From assembly GCA_046045965.1 (NCBI GenBank), contig JBJOKS010000015.1, positions 32,001 to 96,000 on the forward strand: DNA of 64,000 nt. Reading direction: 5' to 3'. Origin of the DNA: Cyanobacteriota bacterium. Its GTDB lineage: Bacteria; Cyanobacteriota; Cyanobacteriia; Cyanobacteriales; Nostocaceae. Within the stretch, counting starts at the first letter, position 1; every line of letters starts with the position of its first letter. The notes beneath the pieces were generated by a model, which was not told where the DNA came from, searched no databases, and worked only from the letters and a program-made list of their open reading frames with translations. Positions 50,334 through 61,659 of the stretch are shown piece by piece. Made by a program: the position numbers and the translations under genes.

Positions 50334-50655
50334 AATTAATATTGATTAACTTCATCAACTGGTAGTTAGCAAGAAGGGAATAGGGGATAGGGGATAGAAA
50401 ATCACTTCCTCACGATCCTGTCTCCTTTGTGCCTGTATTATGATCTTTACTGTCGATACCTATGGATGAATAGACCAAGAATAATAATTTTTTGTTTCTG
50501 GGTAAAAAAGCGATCGCTGAAAATCTGGGTATTGGGTGTTTTGGTAATTGATATTACTTATTATCAGACTCTATGATTACAAATTGCAAGAGCCAGTAAA
50601 TATTCCCAAACCAAAATCTAAAATCTAAAATCTAAAATCTAAAATCTAAAATTCT

Positions 50656-51996
50656 ATGAGTCATTTATCCCCACTACCTTTAGTTACCAATTCTCTAGAT
50701 ACTACTTCTCGTTTACAGCTACTCGTTTTAAGTAATGGTCATGGAGAAGATATCATTGCTGTACGTATAATCAAGGAATTACAACAGCTATCTACACCAC
50801 CAGATATCTTTGCTTTACCAATAGTGGGTGAAGGACGTGCTTACCAACAGTTGAATGTACCTTGTATTGGTAAGGTGCAGACCATGCCTTCTGGTGGTTT
50901 TATTTATATGGATAGCCGTCAACTGATGCGGGATGTGCGGGGTGGTTTGGTACAACTGACTTGGAACCAAATTCAAACTGTTCGCGGTTGGGTGAGTTCG
51001 CAAACCAAATTAGGTAATCAAAAGGCTATTTTAGCTGTGGGAGATATTGTTCCGCTGTTGTTTGCAACTATCAGCGGTGCTAATTATGCTTTTGTGGGAA
51101 CGGCAAAATCTGAATATTATGTGCGGGATGAGTTCGGTTTATTACCGAGAAAGTCAAAATCAGCACGGTGGGAAAATTTTTCTGGTTCCATTTACCATCC
51201 TTGGGAAAGGTGGTTGATGAGTCGTCGTCGTTGTCGTGGGGTGTTTCCTAGAGATGCGCTGACGACGGCAATTTTAAGAAAGTGGCCAATTCCGGCTTTT
51301 GATTTGGGAAATCCCATGATGGATGGTTTAGAATCGACTGTGACAAACCAGAGGTTTGACAGTGGTAATGTTGAACAAACAGAGATTGAGCGTCCTTTGA
51401 TGGTGACTTTGCTTCCTGGTTCCCGTGCAGGTGAGGCTTATGCTAATTGGGAAGTGATGATGATTGCTGTATCGGCTTTGATGGAGAGTTTTCGGGAGCG
51501 AGAGATGGTGTTTTTAGGGGCGATCGCTCCCGGTTTAGATAGCAATATTTTATCTCAAACTTTAAAAATTCAAGGTTGGCAAAACTGGGATCAATTTCCT
51601 ATTCAACTTGCTGATCCTCATGCTTTGATCTTTAAACACAGAAATGCTTCTCTTATTCTCACCCAACAAGCTTATAATGACTGTTTACATTTGGGAGATT
51701 TAGCGATCGCAATGGCGGGTACAGCAACAGAACAATTTATTGGTTTAGGTAAACCTGCGATCGCTATTCCGGGTAACGGTCCTCAATATAACCCTGCTTT
51801 TGCAGAAGCCCAAAGTCGTCTTTTAGGATCATCTTTAATTTTAGTAGACCAACCAGCACAAGTAGCCCAAGTAGTGCAAACCCTGTTCAAAAATCCCGAT
51901 CTTTTCCAGGAAATTGCCGAAAATAGCGTTAAGCGGATGGGTAGGCCAGGTGCTGCAAAACGTATTGCCGAATGTTTGCAAGCAAGATTTTGTTGA
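50656..51996 (+). CDS. Lipid-A-disaccharide synthase-related protein
   Basis: SNGHGED, LLPGSR and MAGTATEQ motifs. Confidence 0.82.
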   Translation: MSHLSPLPLVTNSLDTTSRLQLLVLSNGHGEDIIAVRIIKELQQLSTPPDIFALPIVGEGRAYQQLNVPCIGKVQTMPSGGFIYMDSRQLMRDVRGGLVQLTWNQIQTVRGWVSSQTKLGNQKAILAVGDIVPLLFATISGANYAFVGTAKSEYYVRDEFGLLPRKSKSARWENFSGSIYHPWERWLMSRRRCRGVFPRDALTTAILRKWPIPAFDLGNPMMDGLESTVTNQRFDSGNVEQTEIERPLMVTLLPGSRAGEAYANWEVMMIAVSALMESFREREMVFLGAIAPGLDSNILSQTLKIQGWQNWDQFPIQLADPHALIFKHRNASLILTQQAYNDCLHLGDLAIAMAGTATEQFIGLGKPAIAIPGNGPQYNPAFAEAQSRLLGSSLILVDQPAQVAQVVQTLFKNPDLFQEIAENSVKRMGRPGAAKRIAECLQARFC

Positions 51997-52003
51997 AATC
52001 ATC

Positions 52004-52726
52004 TTAACCCACCAAACCAGAACGCAAAGCGCGGACTGCTGCTTGGGTTCTGTCATCAGCGCAGAGTTTATTCAAAATGTTGCGAACATGAGTTTTTACT
52101 GTTCCCACTGTAATGTACAGTTTCTCCGCAATTTGTCCGTTACTGCAACCAGCAACAATTAATTCTAAAATTTCCAGTTCCCGCTGAGTTAGGGGATAGG
52201 TTTCCAAAACTTGCTCATATTCTGTAGCCAAAGCTTCAATTTTGACAGTCTTTGGTTTATCAGATGCCACACTTTCCCCTGGTAAACCCAAGCGCATTTT
52301 CTTTAATACCACATTGGCGATCGCCGGATCAATCCAAGAGTTACCCGCATGAGTAGCTTGTATGGCTTCGGTTAATTTATTAATGCTTGTCTCTTTCATA
52401 TAATAAGAATCTGCACCCGCAGCAAAAGCCGCTAAGACTGCATCTTCTGTGTGATCCATTGTCAGAATCAAAATTTTTGTATTGTTCTGCCCTGTCTCTG
52501 CTTGATGGCGTTTAAACTTACGGGTGAGTTCAATCCCATCCATATCTGGTAAACCAATATCCACTACAGCTACATCTGGCTTGGCAGTTTCCAAAAGTTT
52601 TAGTCCTTGGGTGGCATTTGCTGCTTCACCAATTACTCTTAATCCACTGTGTGACTGTAATGCAGCCCGTAATCCCATCCGGGTTAAATCATGATCTTCA
52701 ATTAAAAGAATGCTAATCTCACTCAT
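52004..52726 (-). CDS. orrA: NarL-family response regulator (resembles Anabaena OrrA)
   Basis: REC domain (IEDHD, VVDIG) plus LuxR HTH LTQRELEIL...TVKTHVRNIL. The symbol is from recollection of OrrA and is not verified. Confidence 0.55.
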   Translation of the reverse strand: MSEISILLIEDHDLTRMGLRAALQSHSGLRVIGEAANATQGLKLLETAKPDVAVVDIGLPDMDGIELTRKFKRHQAETGQNNTKILILTMDHTEDAVLAAFAAGADSYYMKETSINKLTEAIQATHAGNSWIDPAIANVVLKKMRLGLPGESVASDKPKTVKIEALATEYEQVLETYPLTQRELEILELIVAGCSNGQIAEKLYITVGTVKTHVRNILNKLCADDRTQAAVRALRSGLVG

Positions 52727-54234
52727 TGTTACACCCAATTATATATCTAACTGCTGCTTTGAACTTAAAAACATCAATGTAGGTTTTGGTTCTAATTTCC
52801 CCAAACCAAAGATAGATGATATTTTGACCTAGTTGCATCCATCGGTAGAAATAATAAATTTCACTGATTAAATGTGAGATAGAAGTAAAAATCTAGCTAC
52901 GGATATATGCCTAAATTTTTTGAATATGAAATATTGAGACGAATGCAAAATCATACATCCTCCTTGTCATGAACGCGCCTTCATTAGTCTCGATTTTTCC
53001 TTAATTCTTCTACCAAGCTTTGCAAAAAGCTGCGGAGGCTGCTTTACCCATATCTGGGAATTTATGCAATTAACTGAGCCGCATTTTTGCTCTTAGTCCA
53101 GTATCCTTGAATAGTTTTTCTATCCCTTTACGAGTTGCTTAAATGTGATCAATTTTTCTTTGCCTTCTCATTCAAGCCTGTAGTCAGAATCACCTGGTCA
53201 CATTTAATTCAAAATTAATTTGTCACATTTTCAGGTAAAAATCTGCAATTACTCTTATAAATAAAAGAGGTTTACACCATGATTATAGCACAATAGGAGG
53301 GTTTTGTGACATAAATTTACCAAGCGCATGACCATTTTGTAACTTCACATAGAACAGACAGCATTCTACGCCAAGATAATTAATACTTCCAAAACTCCGT
53401 AACGAAATTCAGAGGGAACTCTTAACGGGCGACTCTTAACAGAAAAAACTCATGTTTAAAAACATGAGATTGAAATAATGACACTGTTTTTTTCGTGCTA
53501 CGCATCTTGTAAAAACATCTTTTTTTTGACTGAGCTTTAAACTCACCAACTTTAGTTTCTTATCTGTTCCCTGTTCCCTGTTCCCTGTTCCCTTTTTTGT
53601 AAGGATTGTATCCGCTTAAAAAAGAATTACTGGTGCTTGTATGGAAATATCAACAGATGCACTTAAAACTTTTTAATATTGAATGAGTCATTACTCAAGA
53701 ATCAATACTGGGTACTGTTCAAATGAGTAAAACTGCTCAAGCTTATGGTACACAATGTTTGTATGCAACTCTCACTAATGGGTGAGGACGGTGAATCATC
53801 TGCTCATTTACAATTGTGTTGAGATAGATAAAGTATTTGATTTTACTTTATATCGACTCTGCCCAATTTAATAGAGAATCATTTTTACCTGGATAATTGC
53901 TAATTGTTTACAACTTATTATTTATTAAACGTGAGCAATTTTCCAGATACTAGAGTTATCAGGAAGCAGATTCAATGCCATCACAAAATTTGGCAGAAAA
54001 AATCAAATCCTTGATTCTGCAATCAGTGAAAGACATCAAAATTAATAACTACTAGGAATGGAGAACAGTAAATTAAATGTAACGAATATTAATTAGATAT
54101 TGTGTAAAATACCTGAGTTACTCAATAGCTATAGTTGAGATACACAAAAATTGTCAATTTTGTAGTTACATAGTTTAACAACACAAATGCTGTACTTGAA
54201 TCCAATCTCTATTGGACAGCGAAGATAAAAACTG

Positions 54235-55587
54235 ATGGAAGAGACGCTGAAAATTTTGGTTGTAGATGATGATGAAGTAGATCGCATGGCAGTCCGTATA
54301 GCCCTGACGCAAGCGGGTGTTTATATGGAAATGTGTGAAGTCAGTGACGGGAATAATGCTTTCTCTGCTCTCCAGAATACTAACTTTGACTGCGTTTTTC
54401 TCGATTATCGCTTACCAGACCAAGATAGCTTCACTTTAATTCACAAACTGCGCTCTTGTGAAATCAAAGTTCCTTTAGTCATCCTCAGCACTGAAGGGGA
54501 TGAACAAATTGCTCTTGAGTTATTGCAAGCTGGTGCTACAGACTATCTTTCTAAGTCTAAGCTGAACTCAGAAAATTTGGTAATGATTTTGCGGAATGCA
54601 ATTCGGTTGTATCGGGCAGAAATGAAAGCAGATTTGGCATATCAACAACTCAAAGAAAGTAATGAACAACTGATTAGAAAGAACCAAGAATTGGAGAAAC
54701 AACGGCAACAAATTCAGCTGCAAAATTTGAAACTGTTGGAAGCATCACGACTCAAATCACAATTTTTAGCAACCATATCTCATGAGTTGCGAACCCCAAT
54801 GAATGCCATCATTGGTTTTTCTCAGGTACTGTTACGTCCGAAATTTGGTCAACTTACCAATCAACAAACGGATATGGTAGAACGTATCCTCAATAATGGT
54901 AAGCATTTGCTGATGTTGCTCAATGAAGTTCTCGACTTTTCTAAACTAGAGTCCGGTAGATTAGAGCTAAAACCGGAAATATTTGATTTATCAAAGATAG
55001 TTAATAATACTGTAGCAGAAATACGTTCGTTAGCAGAAGCAAAAAAGTTATCTTTGCTAGTGGAAATAGATTTACAAAATACTTTAGTCTTTAATGATCC
55101 AGTGCGAGTTCACCAGATGTTAATTAACCTGCTTTCTAATGCCATTAAATTTACAGAATATGGAGGTATTAGAATAGAAGTGAAAGACATTGCACAAAAT
55201 CGATTAGCAATTACTATTCGAGATACAGGAATTGGCATTTCTCCTCAAGATTTTCAACATATTTTTGAGGCATTTCGACAAGTAGATCAAGGTATTAGCC
55301 GTAAATATCCTGGCACTGGACTAGGTTTGGCAATTATTGATTCATTAGTACAAATGATGGGAGGTCAGATATTTTTAGAAAGTCAATTAGGAGTAGGTTC
55401 GGTATTTCAAATTGAATTGCCCCGGCAAATAGCATTATCACCTCATAATGGAGATAATCATACTGGAGATAATTATAGTTTAAATTTAGGTAGTGGCGAT
55501 GGTATTTATTATTCTCATCCAAATCCACCTCACCTACCATCTCAATTCAACAAAGTTTCCTTAGGATATCCTCATCTCAGACTGTAA
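54235..55587 (+). CDS. Hybrid histidine kinase (REC-HisKA-HATPase)
   Basis: VDDD/FLD REC domain; SHELRTP, NLLSNAIKF, DTGIG and GTGLGL boxes. Confidence 0.93.
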   Translation: MEETLKILVVDDDEVDRMAVRIALTQAGVYMEMCEVSDGNNAFSALQNTNFDCVFLDYRLPDQDSFTLIHKLRSCEIKVPLVILSTEGDEQIALELLQAGATDYLSKSKLNSENLVMILRNAIRLYRAEMKADLAYQQLKESNEQLIRKNQELEKQRQQIQLQNLKLLEASRLKSQFLATISHELRTPMNAIIGFSQVLLRPKFGQLTNQQTDMVERILNNGKHLLMLLNEVLDFSKLESGRLELKPEIFDLSKIVNNTVAEIRSLAEAKKLSLLVEIDLQNTLVFNDPVRVHQMLINLLSNAIKFTEYGGIRIEVKDIAQNRLAITIRDTGIGISPQDFQHIFEAFRQVDQGISRKYPGTGLGLAIIDSLVQMMGGQIFLESQLGVGSVFQIELPRQIALSPHNGDNHTGDNYSLNLGSGDGIYYSHPNPPHLPSQFNKVSLGYPHLRL

Positions 55588-55634
55588 ATTTCCCAAGTGT
55601 AGATTGAGATTAATTTTCAAAAAGTTGATAAATT

Positions 55635-56756
55635 ATGTCTGTTGTCAAAAGTGATCAGGTTGATCGTATCCTCGCCGTTGATGATACAAGAGATAATCTC
55701 ATTTTGGTGCAAACACTCTTAGAAAGTGAAGGTTATGAAATTGATTTAGTATCAGATGGAGCAACTGCTTTACAAAAAGTGGCACAATCTCCACCGGATT
55801 TGATTTTACTAGATGTGATGATGCCAGGAATGGATGGTTATGAAGTAACACGGAGAATTCGTAGTAATCCTGATCTTAGCTATATTCCAATTTTGTTAAT
55901 CACAGCTTTTCACGAATCTAGTGTAGTGGAAGGATTAGATGCTGGTGCTGATGATTTTATCCGCAAACCATTTGATACAGATGAATTACTAGCGAGAGTG
56001 CGATCGCTGTTAAGACTCAAGCACAGTATTGATGAACAACAAAAAATGACCCGTCAACGAGAAGATTTTGTTTCTCGTTTAACTCATGATTTACGCACAC
56101 CTTTAGTAGCAGCTGATCGAATGTTAGCTTTATTTCAACAGGAGGTTTTTTGCAAAATATCGCCAGAAATGAAACAAGCGATCGCTGTGATGATTCGCAG
56201 TAACCAAAATCTCATGCAAATGGTCAATACCTTACTAGAAGTTTATCGCTTCGAGGCAGGTAAAAAAACCCTCAATTTAGAAAAATGCGACTTAAAAGAA
56301 ATAGCCCAAGAAGTCATCAGTGAAATAACTCCCCTAGCTATGGAGAAAAGCTTAACTCTCAAATTAGACACTCATCAGTTAAACCCAGGAGATCATGGGG
56401 GACTTGTTTTTGGTGATAGACTAGAATTACGCCGAGTCTTAAATAACTTCATCGGTAATGCCATCAAGTTTACAGATACAGGAGGTGTGGAAATTCGCAT
56501 TTTGGAAACCTTACCCACTAAAACAGTTCAAGCTGAAGTCTTGGTTGAAGTTGCAGATACTGGTTATGGAATTGCACCTGAAGATCAGGCAACTATTTTT
56601 GAGCGATTTCGTCAAGGGAGAAATAAAAGATCAGGTAGCGGTTTAGGATTGCATCTATCACAACGAATTATAGAAGCACACGGGGGAAAAATAGCACTGT
56701 TCTCACAATTAGGTAAAGGTAGTATATTCACAATCAGACTACCAAAAGCAACTTAA
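55635..56756 (+). CDS. Hybrid histidine kinase (REC-HisKA-HATPase)
   Basis: LLDVMMP REC domain; THDLRTP, GNAIKF, DTGYG and GSGLGL boxes. Confidence 0.93.
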   Translation: MSVVKSDQVDRILAVDDTRDNLILVQTLLESEGYEIDLVSDGATALQKVAQSPPDLILLDVMMPGMDGYEVTRRIRSNPDLSYIPILLITAFHESSVVEGLDAGADDFIRKPFDTDELLARVRSLLRLKHSIDEQQKMTRQREDFVSRLTHDLRTPLVAADRMLALFQQEVFCKISPEMKQAIAVMIRSNQNLMQMVNTLLEVYRFEAGKKTLNLEKCDLKEIAQEVISEITPLAMEKSLTLKLDTHQLNPGDHGGLVFGDRLELRRVLNNFIGNAIKFTDTGGVEIRILETLPTKTVQAEVLVEVADTGYGIAPEDQATIFERFRQGRNKRSGSGLGLHLSQRIIEAHGGKIALFSQLGKGSIFTIRLPKAT

Positions 56757-56907
56757 TTGTCAGAATTCAAAATATAGAATTCAGAATTTAGTATGAATCA
56801 GGATTTGCGATTCGAGCTTGATTATTTCGTGCAAAACTTCCTCCTCTATATTAATTCCTGATACCAGCAAATATTCTGACTCCTGACTCCTGACTCCTGC
56901 TATAGCT

Positions 56908-57366
56908 CTAACTTTCCCGACATACTTCCAATGATGAATGACGCTCAAATTTATCATCTAGCAAACGCCAAATAATCGCCTCTAAATCCTCAAGCATATA
57001 GGGTTTACTGATATAGTCATCAAAACCTGCGCTGAGGATACGCTCTTGCTGTTCCCTACCAGCTAAAGCCGTAACTGCAACTACAGGAATGTGACAAGTA
57101 AGTGGTTCATGTTTTAAAGATCGCACAACATCTAGACCGTTCAAACCTGGTAACAAAATATCCAACAAAATCAAGTCTGGCTGATACTCTTTGGCTACCA
57201 ATAGTGTGGTATAACTGTCATTCTGACAAATAAATTTACACCCTAGTAACTCAAGTGCATAACTAAGCAACAGTAGACTATCCTCATGATCTTCTACTAC
57301 CAAAATTAAAGGCGGCTGAGAGCTTTGCTTCTTTTCATCACTCATGAATGAATGTGTCAGATACAT
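56908..57366 (-). CDS. Single-domain response regulator (CheY/DivK-like)
   Basis: VVEDH, LLDILLP and ISKP motifs. Confidence 0.88.
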   Translation of the reverse strand: MYLTHSFMSDEKKQSSQPPLILVVEDHEDSLLLLSYALELLGCKFICQNDSYTTLLVAKEYQPDLILLDILLPGLNGLDVVRSLKHEPLTCHIPVVAVTALAGREQQERILSAGFDDYISKPYMLEDLEAIIWRLLDDKFERHSSLEVCRES

Positions 57367-58012
57367 CTGTTCTCCAGAAAATTAAATTGGGCTTTATCGT
57401 CTTTTTAGTCAAACCAGAGGATAATCCCACAAGACATCAGAGACTGCTGATTTAGCATTAGCTAGTGTTTTGCTCGCGCTCAGTTGTTCATCCTTACCTA
57501 CATCAAACAGGAAAGAAAAACTTAAGCTGAATAGCTTTAGCAGACACCCCTTGATTATATGCAAAATTACAGAATATTTTCCTCATAAGTTCACAATAAC
57601 TTTATAGAGAAAAATTGCCTAGTTATTTACTTCAGTATCTTTAGTGACCTATCTATTAAGTAAAAGTTCAATTTAAATTAGTTAAATTGAAATTCTTATT
57701 GAGTATGAAAATAGACTGTAAAATTGATAGCACCTGTATTTCACTTTGCTAACAGAATATGAAAAATTGCTATAAAACCTCATAAATAAATAGCTATATC
57801 CCCTCATAGGTTGTAAAAATTGCTAAATAAATATTACTTGAATTGCAATGGTACTTAGTTAGTTTGTAAAGAAGTGATATGATACTTGCTCAACCCAATC
57901 TATTTTAAGCATAATATTTGACGTAGCTATATTGGTGCTATATATGTAATGTACTATAATACATAGTTAGATCATTATTTAACAAGCATCTAGCGGGTTT
58001 TACTCCTGAACT

Positions 58013-58125
58013 GCAGTTGACGGCAGTTGCTACAAGTCGGGGAACCCGCCCAACGCACTGCCTCCTTTATGCCGGGAAACCCGTCCACCGCACTGCCTCC
58101 TCCTGACTCCTGACTCCTGACTCTT
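58013..58125. repeat. Nested small dispersed repeats plus CTCCTGA tract
   Basis: Two GCAGTTG...CGCACTGCCTCC units, one apparently inserted into the other. Confidence 0.7.
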
Positions 58126-58146
58126 GACACCGGATACCTGACTTCT

Positions 58147-59349
58147 ATGGATTTTGATTATTTCCGCAGTAACGACAATAATTCCGATAATAACAATCGA
58201 CAAAACCTCCTAGCTAGTGGTTGGCGACCATTTCAGCGTGATTTTGATTGGGAATATTTCCAGCAGCTAATATTTAATGATACTCAAGAGTTAAGCCAAA
58301 GAAGTATTAATTTAGTCAGCTTTTATGCAGATGCTTTAGCTAGAAAAGATTATGCTTGGTGGGCAAATATAATAAATTTAGCTTCTGACTATACTCGTGG
58401 AGAATTCCAAAAATTTTGGAACTTTATTACACCAGATGCACTCACACCTGATTATCGTTACAAAGACGTTTTAAGTACAGAAACTCCAATTGTCCAATTT
58501 GTCAATCGTAACAGCATTCCTATTGATTATGTACTGAATTTGTTACAAGAAATCGCGGTTTTGAGAGTTTTACGTTTATTGGAACGTCCTGATATCATCA
58601 CCCAATATTACTCAGAGAGAGATTTCTATTTCCCTGTAGAAAAATTTGTGAGTTGGGAACGTTTAGATGTCATCAATACCGTTTATGCTTACTGGTCTAA
58701 AAATGATATTTGGTTACAAATTGATCCCTATGATCGGGGACGAAGACAATATACTTTAATGGCGAAAAATTTAGCTCCATTAATTAATAAAGCCACTTAT
58801 GATTTAGCAGTGATGTTAAGTGGATATCAAAGTCGTGTTGGTAAGGTACATAATCAATTTCCTATTCGCACATTTACCCAAGAAATTCAAGATTTTACTG
58901 ATTCAGTTCAGCAAGCAATTCTCAATCAAAACCAATTAGCAGTTGTGGTACATGGAGAACCGGGTACAGGTAAAACAGCATGGACACAATCAGTAGCCAA
59001 AGAAATTCTTGTACCTTTAGGCTATGTAATTTTTATTTTGGATCATGATGCCATTACTAACTTTGTACCACCAAGCTATTTAGAAAGAATTTGTATTATT
59101 ATCAACGAAGCTGATAACTTAGCTCAAGATAGAGCTTCGGAAGTAGCCCAATATAACAACAAAACTGAACATATTTTGGCTTTGTTGGATGGAACTTTGT
59201 ACCAAAGTGTAATTGATGAATCGGGAGTGCAGATGAAACAGCGTTTAGTGGTATTAATGACTTGTAATACTACAGAAAGATTAGATCCCGCTATGTTACG
59301 TAAAGGCCGAGTAGACTTAATGTGTGAGTTTACACAACGGTTTGTTTGA
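58147..59349 (+). CDS. AAA-family ATPase with uncharacterised N-terminal domain
   Basis: GEPGTGKT, IIINEAD, TCN and LDPAMLRKGRVD motifs. Confidence 0.82.
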   Translation: MDFDYFRSNDNNSDNNNRQNLLASGWRPFQRDFDWEYFQQLIFNDTQELSQRSINLVSFYADALARKDYAWWANIINLASDYTRGEFQKFWNFITPDALTPDYRYKDVLSTETPIVQFVNRNSIPIDYVLNLLQEIAVLRVLRLLERPDIITQYYSERDFYFPVEKFVSWERLDVINTVYAYWSKNDIWLQIDPYDRGRRQYTLMAKNLAPLINKATYDLAVMLSGYQSRVGKVHNQFPIRTFTQEIQDFTDSVQQAILNQNQLAVVVHGEPGTGKTAWTQSVAKEILVPLGYVIFILDHDAITNFVPPSYLERICIIINEADNLAQDRASEVAQYNNKTEHILALLDGTLYQSVIDESGVQMKQRLVVLMTCNTTERLDPAMLRKGRVDLMCEFTQRFV

Positions 59350-59449
59350 GAAATCAGTTTATACAACAACGGAAACAAAGAGAAAAAATTATCGTCACCT
59401 TATTAAGTAAGAATACAAGTGATTACTGTACATATTTGCAGGAGTTTGA

Positions 59450-59941
59450 ATGTTGTTAAATCGTACTTCCATGAGGACACTGATACTATTGACTTTAGGT
59501 AGTTCCATAGCTGTTGCCCAGCCTAACTTACTCCTAGCTCAATCTCCTAAACCAAGCCCAACTCCTACCCAAAAACCTACTACCAATACAGAGTATCAAG
59601 GAGGATTACCCAAAGATTTGAATTTAACGCCTCAGCAGCTGGAGCAAGTTAGAGAAATTCGCAGAAAAAATCCAGTTAGAGAGCGTATACAAAGGACAAA
59701 GGGAGAGCTGCGTCAAGCACAACAAGAATTTTTGAAACTGATGGCCGGGAATGCCTCCGCGGAAGAGGTGCGTACAAAACACCGTCAAATCACTAACCTC
59801 AGAGAACAACTGGCAAATGCAGAGTTTGAAGATGAGCTACAGATTAGAGAAATTTTAACCGCAACACAACGTCAAAAGTGGTCTGAACATATACAAAAAC
59901 GGTTGCCTGCGCCTCCCAACCCCCCAACACAATCAAAATAA
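59450..59941 (+). CDS. Spy/CpxP-family periplasmic protein
   Basis: Signal peptide and LTxxQ motifs LNLTPQQ and ILTATQR. Confidence 0.85.
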   Translation: MLLNRTSMRTLILLTLGSSIAVAQPNLLLAQSPKPSPTPTQKPTTNTEYQGGLPKDLNLTPQQLEQVREIRRKNPVRERIQRTKGELRQAQQEFLKLMAGNASAEEVRTKHRQITNLREQLANAEFEDELQIREILTATQRQKWSEHIQKRLPAPPNPPTQSK

Positions 59942-59945
59942 CCCT

Positions 59946-61565
59946 ATGACCTTGCAGACTAAATACTGGGTTTTGTCACTGTTTCTGTTATTGGGAAGCA
60001 TTGCTCCTGCTGATGCAGAACCTAAACCAGCAAACCCCAGGGTTCTACATATCATTAATCGTTTGAGCTTTGGTCCTGCACCTGGGGATATTAAAAAAGT
60101 TGAATCTATGGGGATAGATAACTATATCAAACAGCAACTCTCCCCAGATTCCATTCCCGAACCAGAAAGTTTGACTCGTCAACTTGCACAAATGAAGACT
60201 CTGAATTTAAATTCAGTACAGCTTTGGCAATATGTTGCGACTTTCCGCAGGAAAAAGACACCACAACAGGAAAAAAAGCCAGGTGCAATTAATCCACCTC
60301 GTCAAATCTTCAACGAAGCAGTCCAAGCCAGGTTGTTAAGGGCTACTATGAGTAACCGCCAACTTCAAGAAGTGATGGTGGACTTTTGGTATAACCATTT
60401 CAATGTCGATGCGAATAAAGAAAAAAATCGGATGTGGGTAGGTGCTTATGAACATGAGGCGATTCGTCCTTATGCTTTGGGGCGCTTCCGGGATTTATTA
60501 GGAGCAACAGCACGCCATCCAGCAATGCTATTGTATTTAGATAACGCCAAAAATAAAGTTACTAATCGTCCTGGTGTGAATGGGAAAGTTGGGGGTTTAA
60601 ATGAAAATTATGCCCGTGAGTTGATGGAACTACACACCTTGGGAGTAGATGCTGGTTATACTCAACAGGATGTGATTGCTTTAGCAAAAATTTTCAGTGG
60701 TTGGGGAATTTTTACTGAAAAAAATCCCCAGAATAGTTCTGGCTTTGTATTCAATTCTAAACATCATGATTTGAGTGACAAAGTTTTTTTAGGACACAAA
60801 ATTAAAGGTAGTGGTCAAGCTGAGGGTGAAGAAGCTTTAGATATTTTGGCTCGCAATCCGGCTACTGCTCGTCATATTAGTTATAAGTTAGCGCAATATT
60901 TTGTCAGCGATCGCCCTCCAGAAACTTTAGTCAAAAAACTGTCACAACGATATCTGGCGACTGATGGCAATATTCGTGAAGTGCTGAATACTCTATTTCA
61001 AAGTTCTGAATTTTGGGATGAGAAAAACTTTAACAGCAAGTTTAAAACACCCTATCAATATGCAATTTCCGTAGTACGAGCAACAGATATAGAACTGAAG
61101 AATACCAGACCAATCACAAAATTTTTTAGTCAGTTGGCTATGCCTCTCTATGAGTGTCCGACACCAGACGGGTACAAAAATACTAAAGAAGCTTGGTTAA
61201 ATCCTGATGCCATGACTCGGCGGCTGAATTTTGCCACTGTTATCGCTAATGGTGGTTTAGGCTTATCTAGCCTACCCCCGCAAATAAACCCAGACAAAGT
61301 AAAAGTACCAAAACCCAAAACAACCATCCCACCTGCTGATAATGGTAATTTAACCATAGTTAAACCAACACGACAAATGAAACCAGGTAAAGCAAAAAAC
61401 TCCCCATCGAGAAAAGCCAATCAGCTTATACCTGTAGACTATGAACAACTGATCAATACATTGGGTAATGCTTTTTCTCCTCAAACCCAAAAAGCGATCG
61501 CATCAAGTCCACCAAAAATTCGTAGTGGCTTAATCTTAGGTAGTCCTGAATTTATGCAGCGTTAG
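59946..61565 (+). CDS. DUF1800 family protein
   Basis: DFWYNHFNV, HPAMLLYLDN, NENYARELMELHTLG and SPEFM motifs. Confidence 0.9.
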   Translation: MTLQTKYWVLSLFLLLGSIAPADAEPKPANPRVLHIINRLSFGPAPGDIKKVESMGIDNYIKQQLSPDSIPEPESLTRQLAQMKTLNLNSVQLWQYVATFRRKKTPQQEKKPGAINPPRQIFNEAVQARLLRATMSNRQLQEVMVDFWYNHFNVDANKEKNRMWVGAYEHEAIRPYALGRFRDLLGATARHPAMLLYLDNAKNKVTNRPGVNGKVGGLNENYARELMELHTLGVDAGYTQQDVIALAKIFSGWGIFTEKNPQNSSGFVFNSKHHDLSDKVFLGHKIKGSGQAEGEEALDILARNPATARHISYKLAQYFVSDRPPETLVKKLSQRYLATDGNIREVLNTLFQSSEFWDEKNFNSKFKTPYQYAISVVRATDIELKNTRPITKFFSQLAMPLYECPTPDGYKNTKEAWLNPDAMTRRLNFATVIANGGLGLSSLPPQINPDKVKVPKPKTTIPPADNGNLTIVKPTRQMKPGKAKNSPSRKANQLIPVDYEQLINTLGNAFSPQTQKAIASSPPKIRSGLILGSPEFMQR

Positions 61566-61659
61566 GCTGGTAATTCCTAATTAGGGAATAGGGAATAGAT
61601 ATAAAGTTATTCTCCTCCAATCCCCAATCCCCAATCCCCAATCCCCAGTTCCTTACTTT

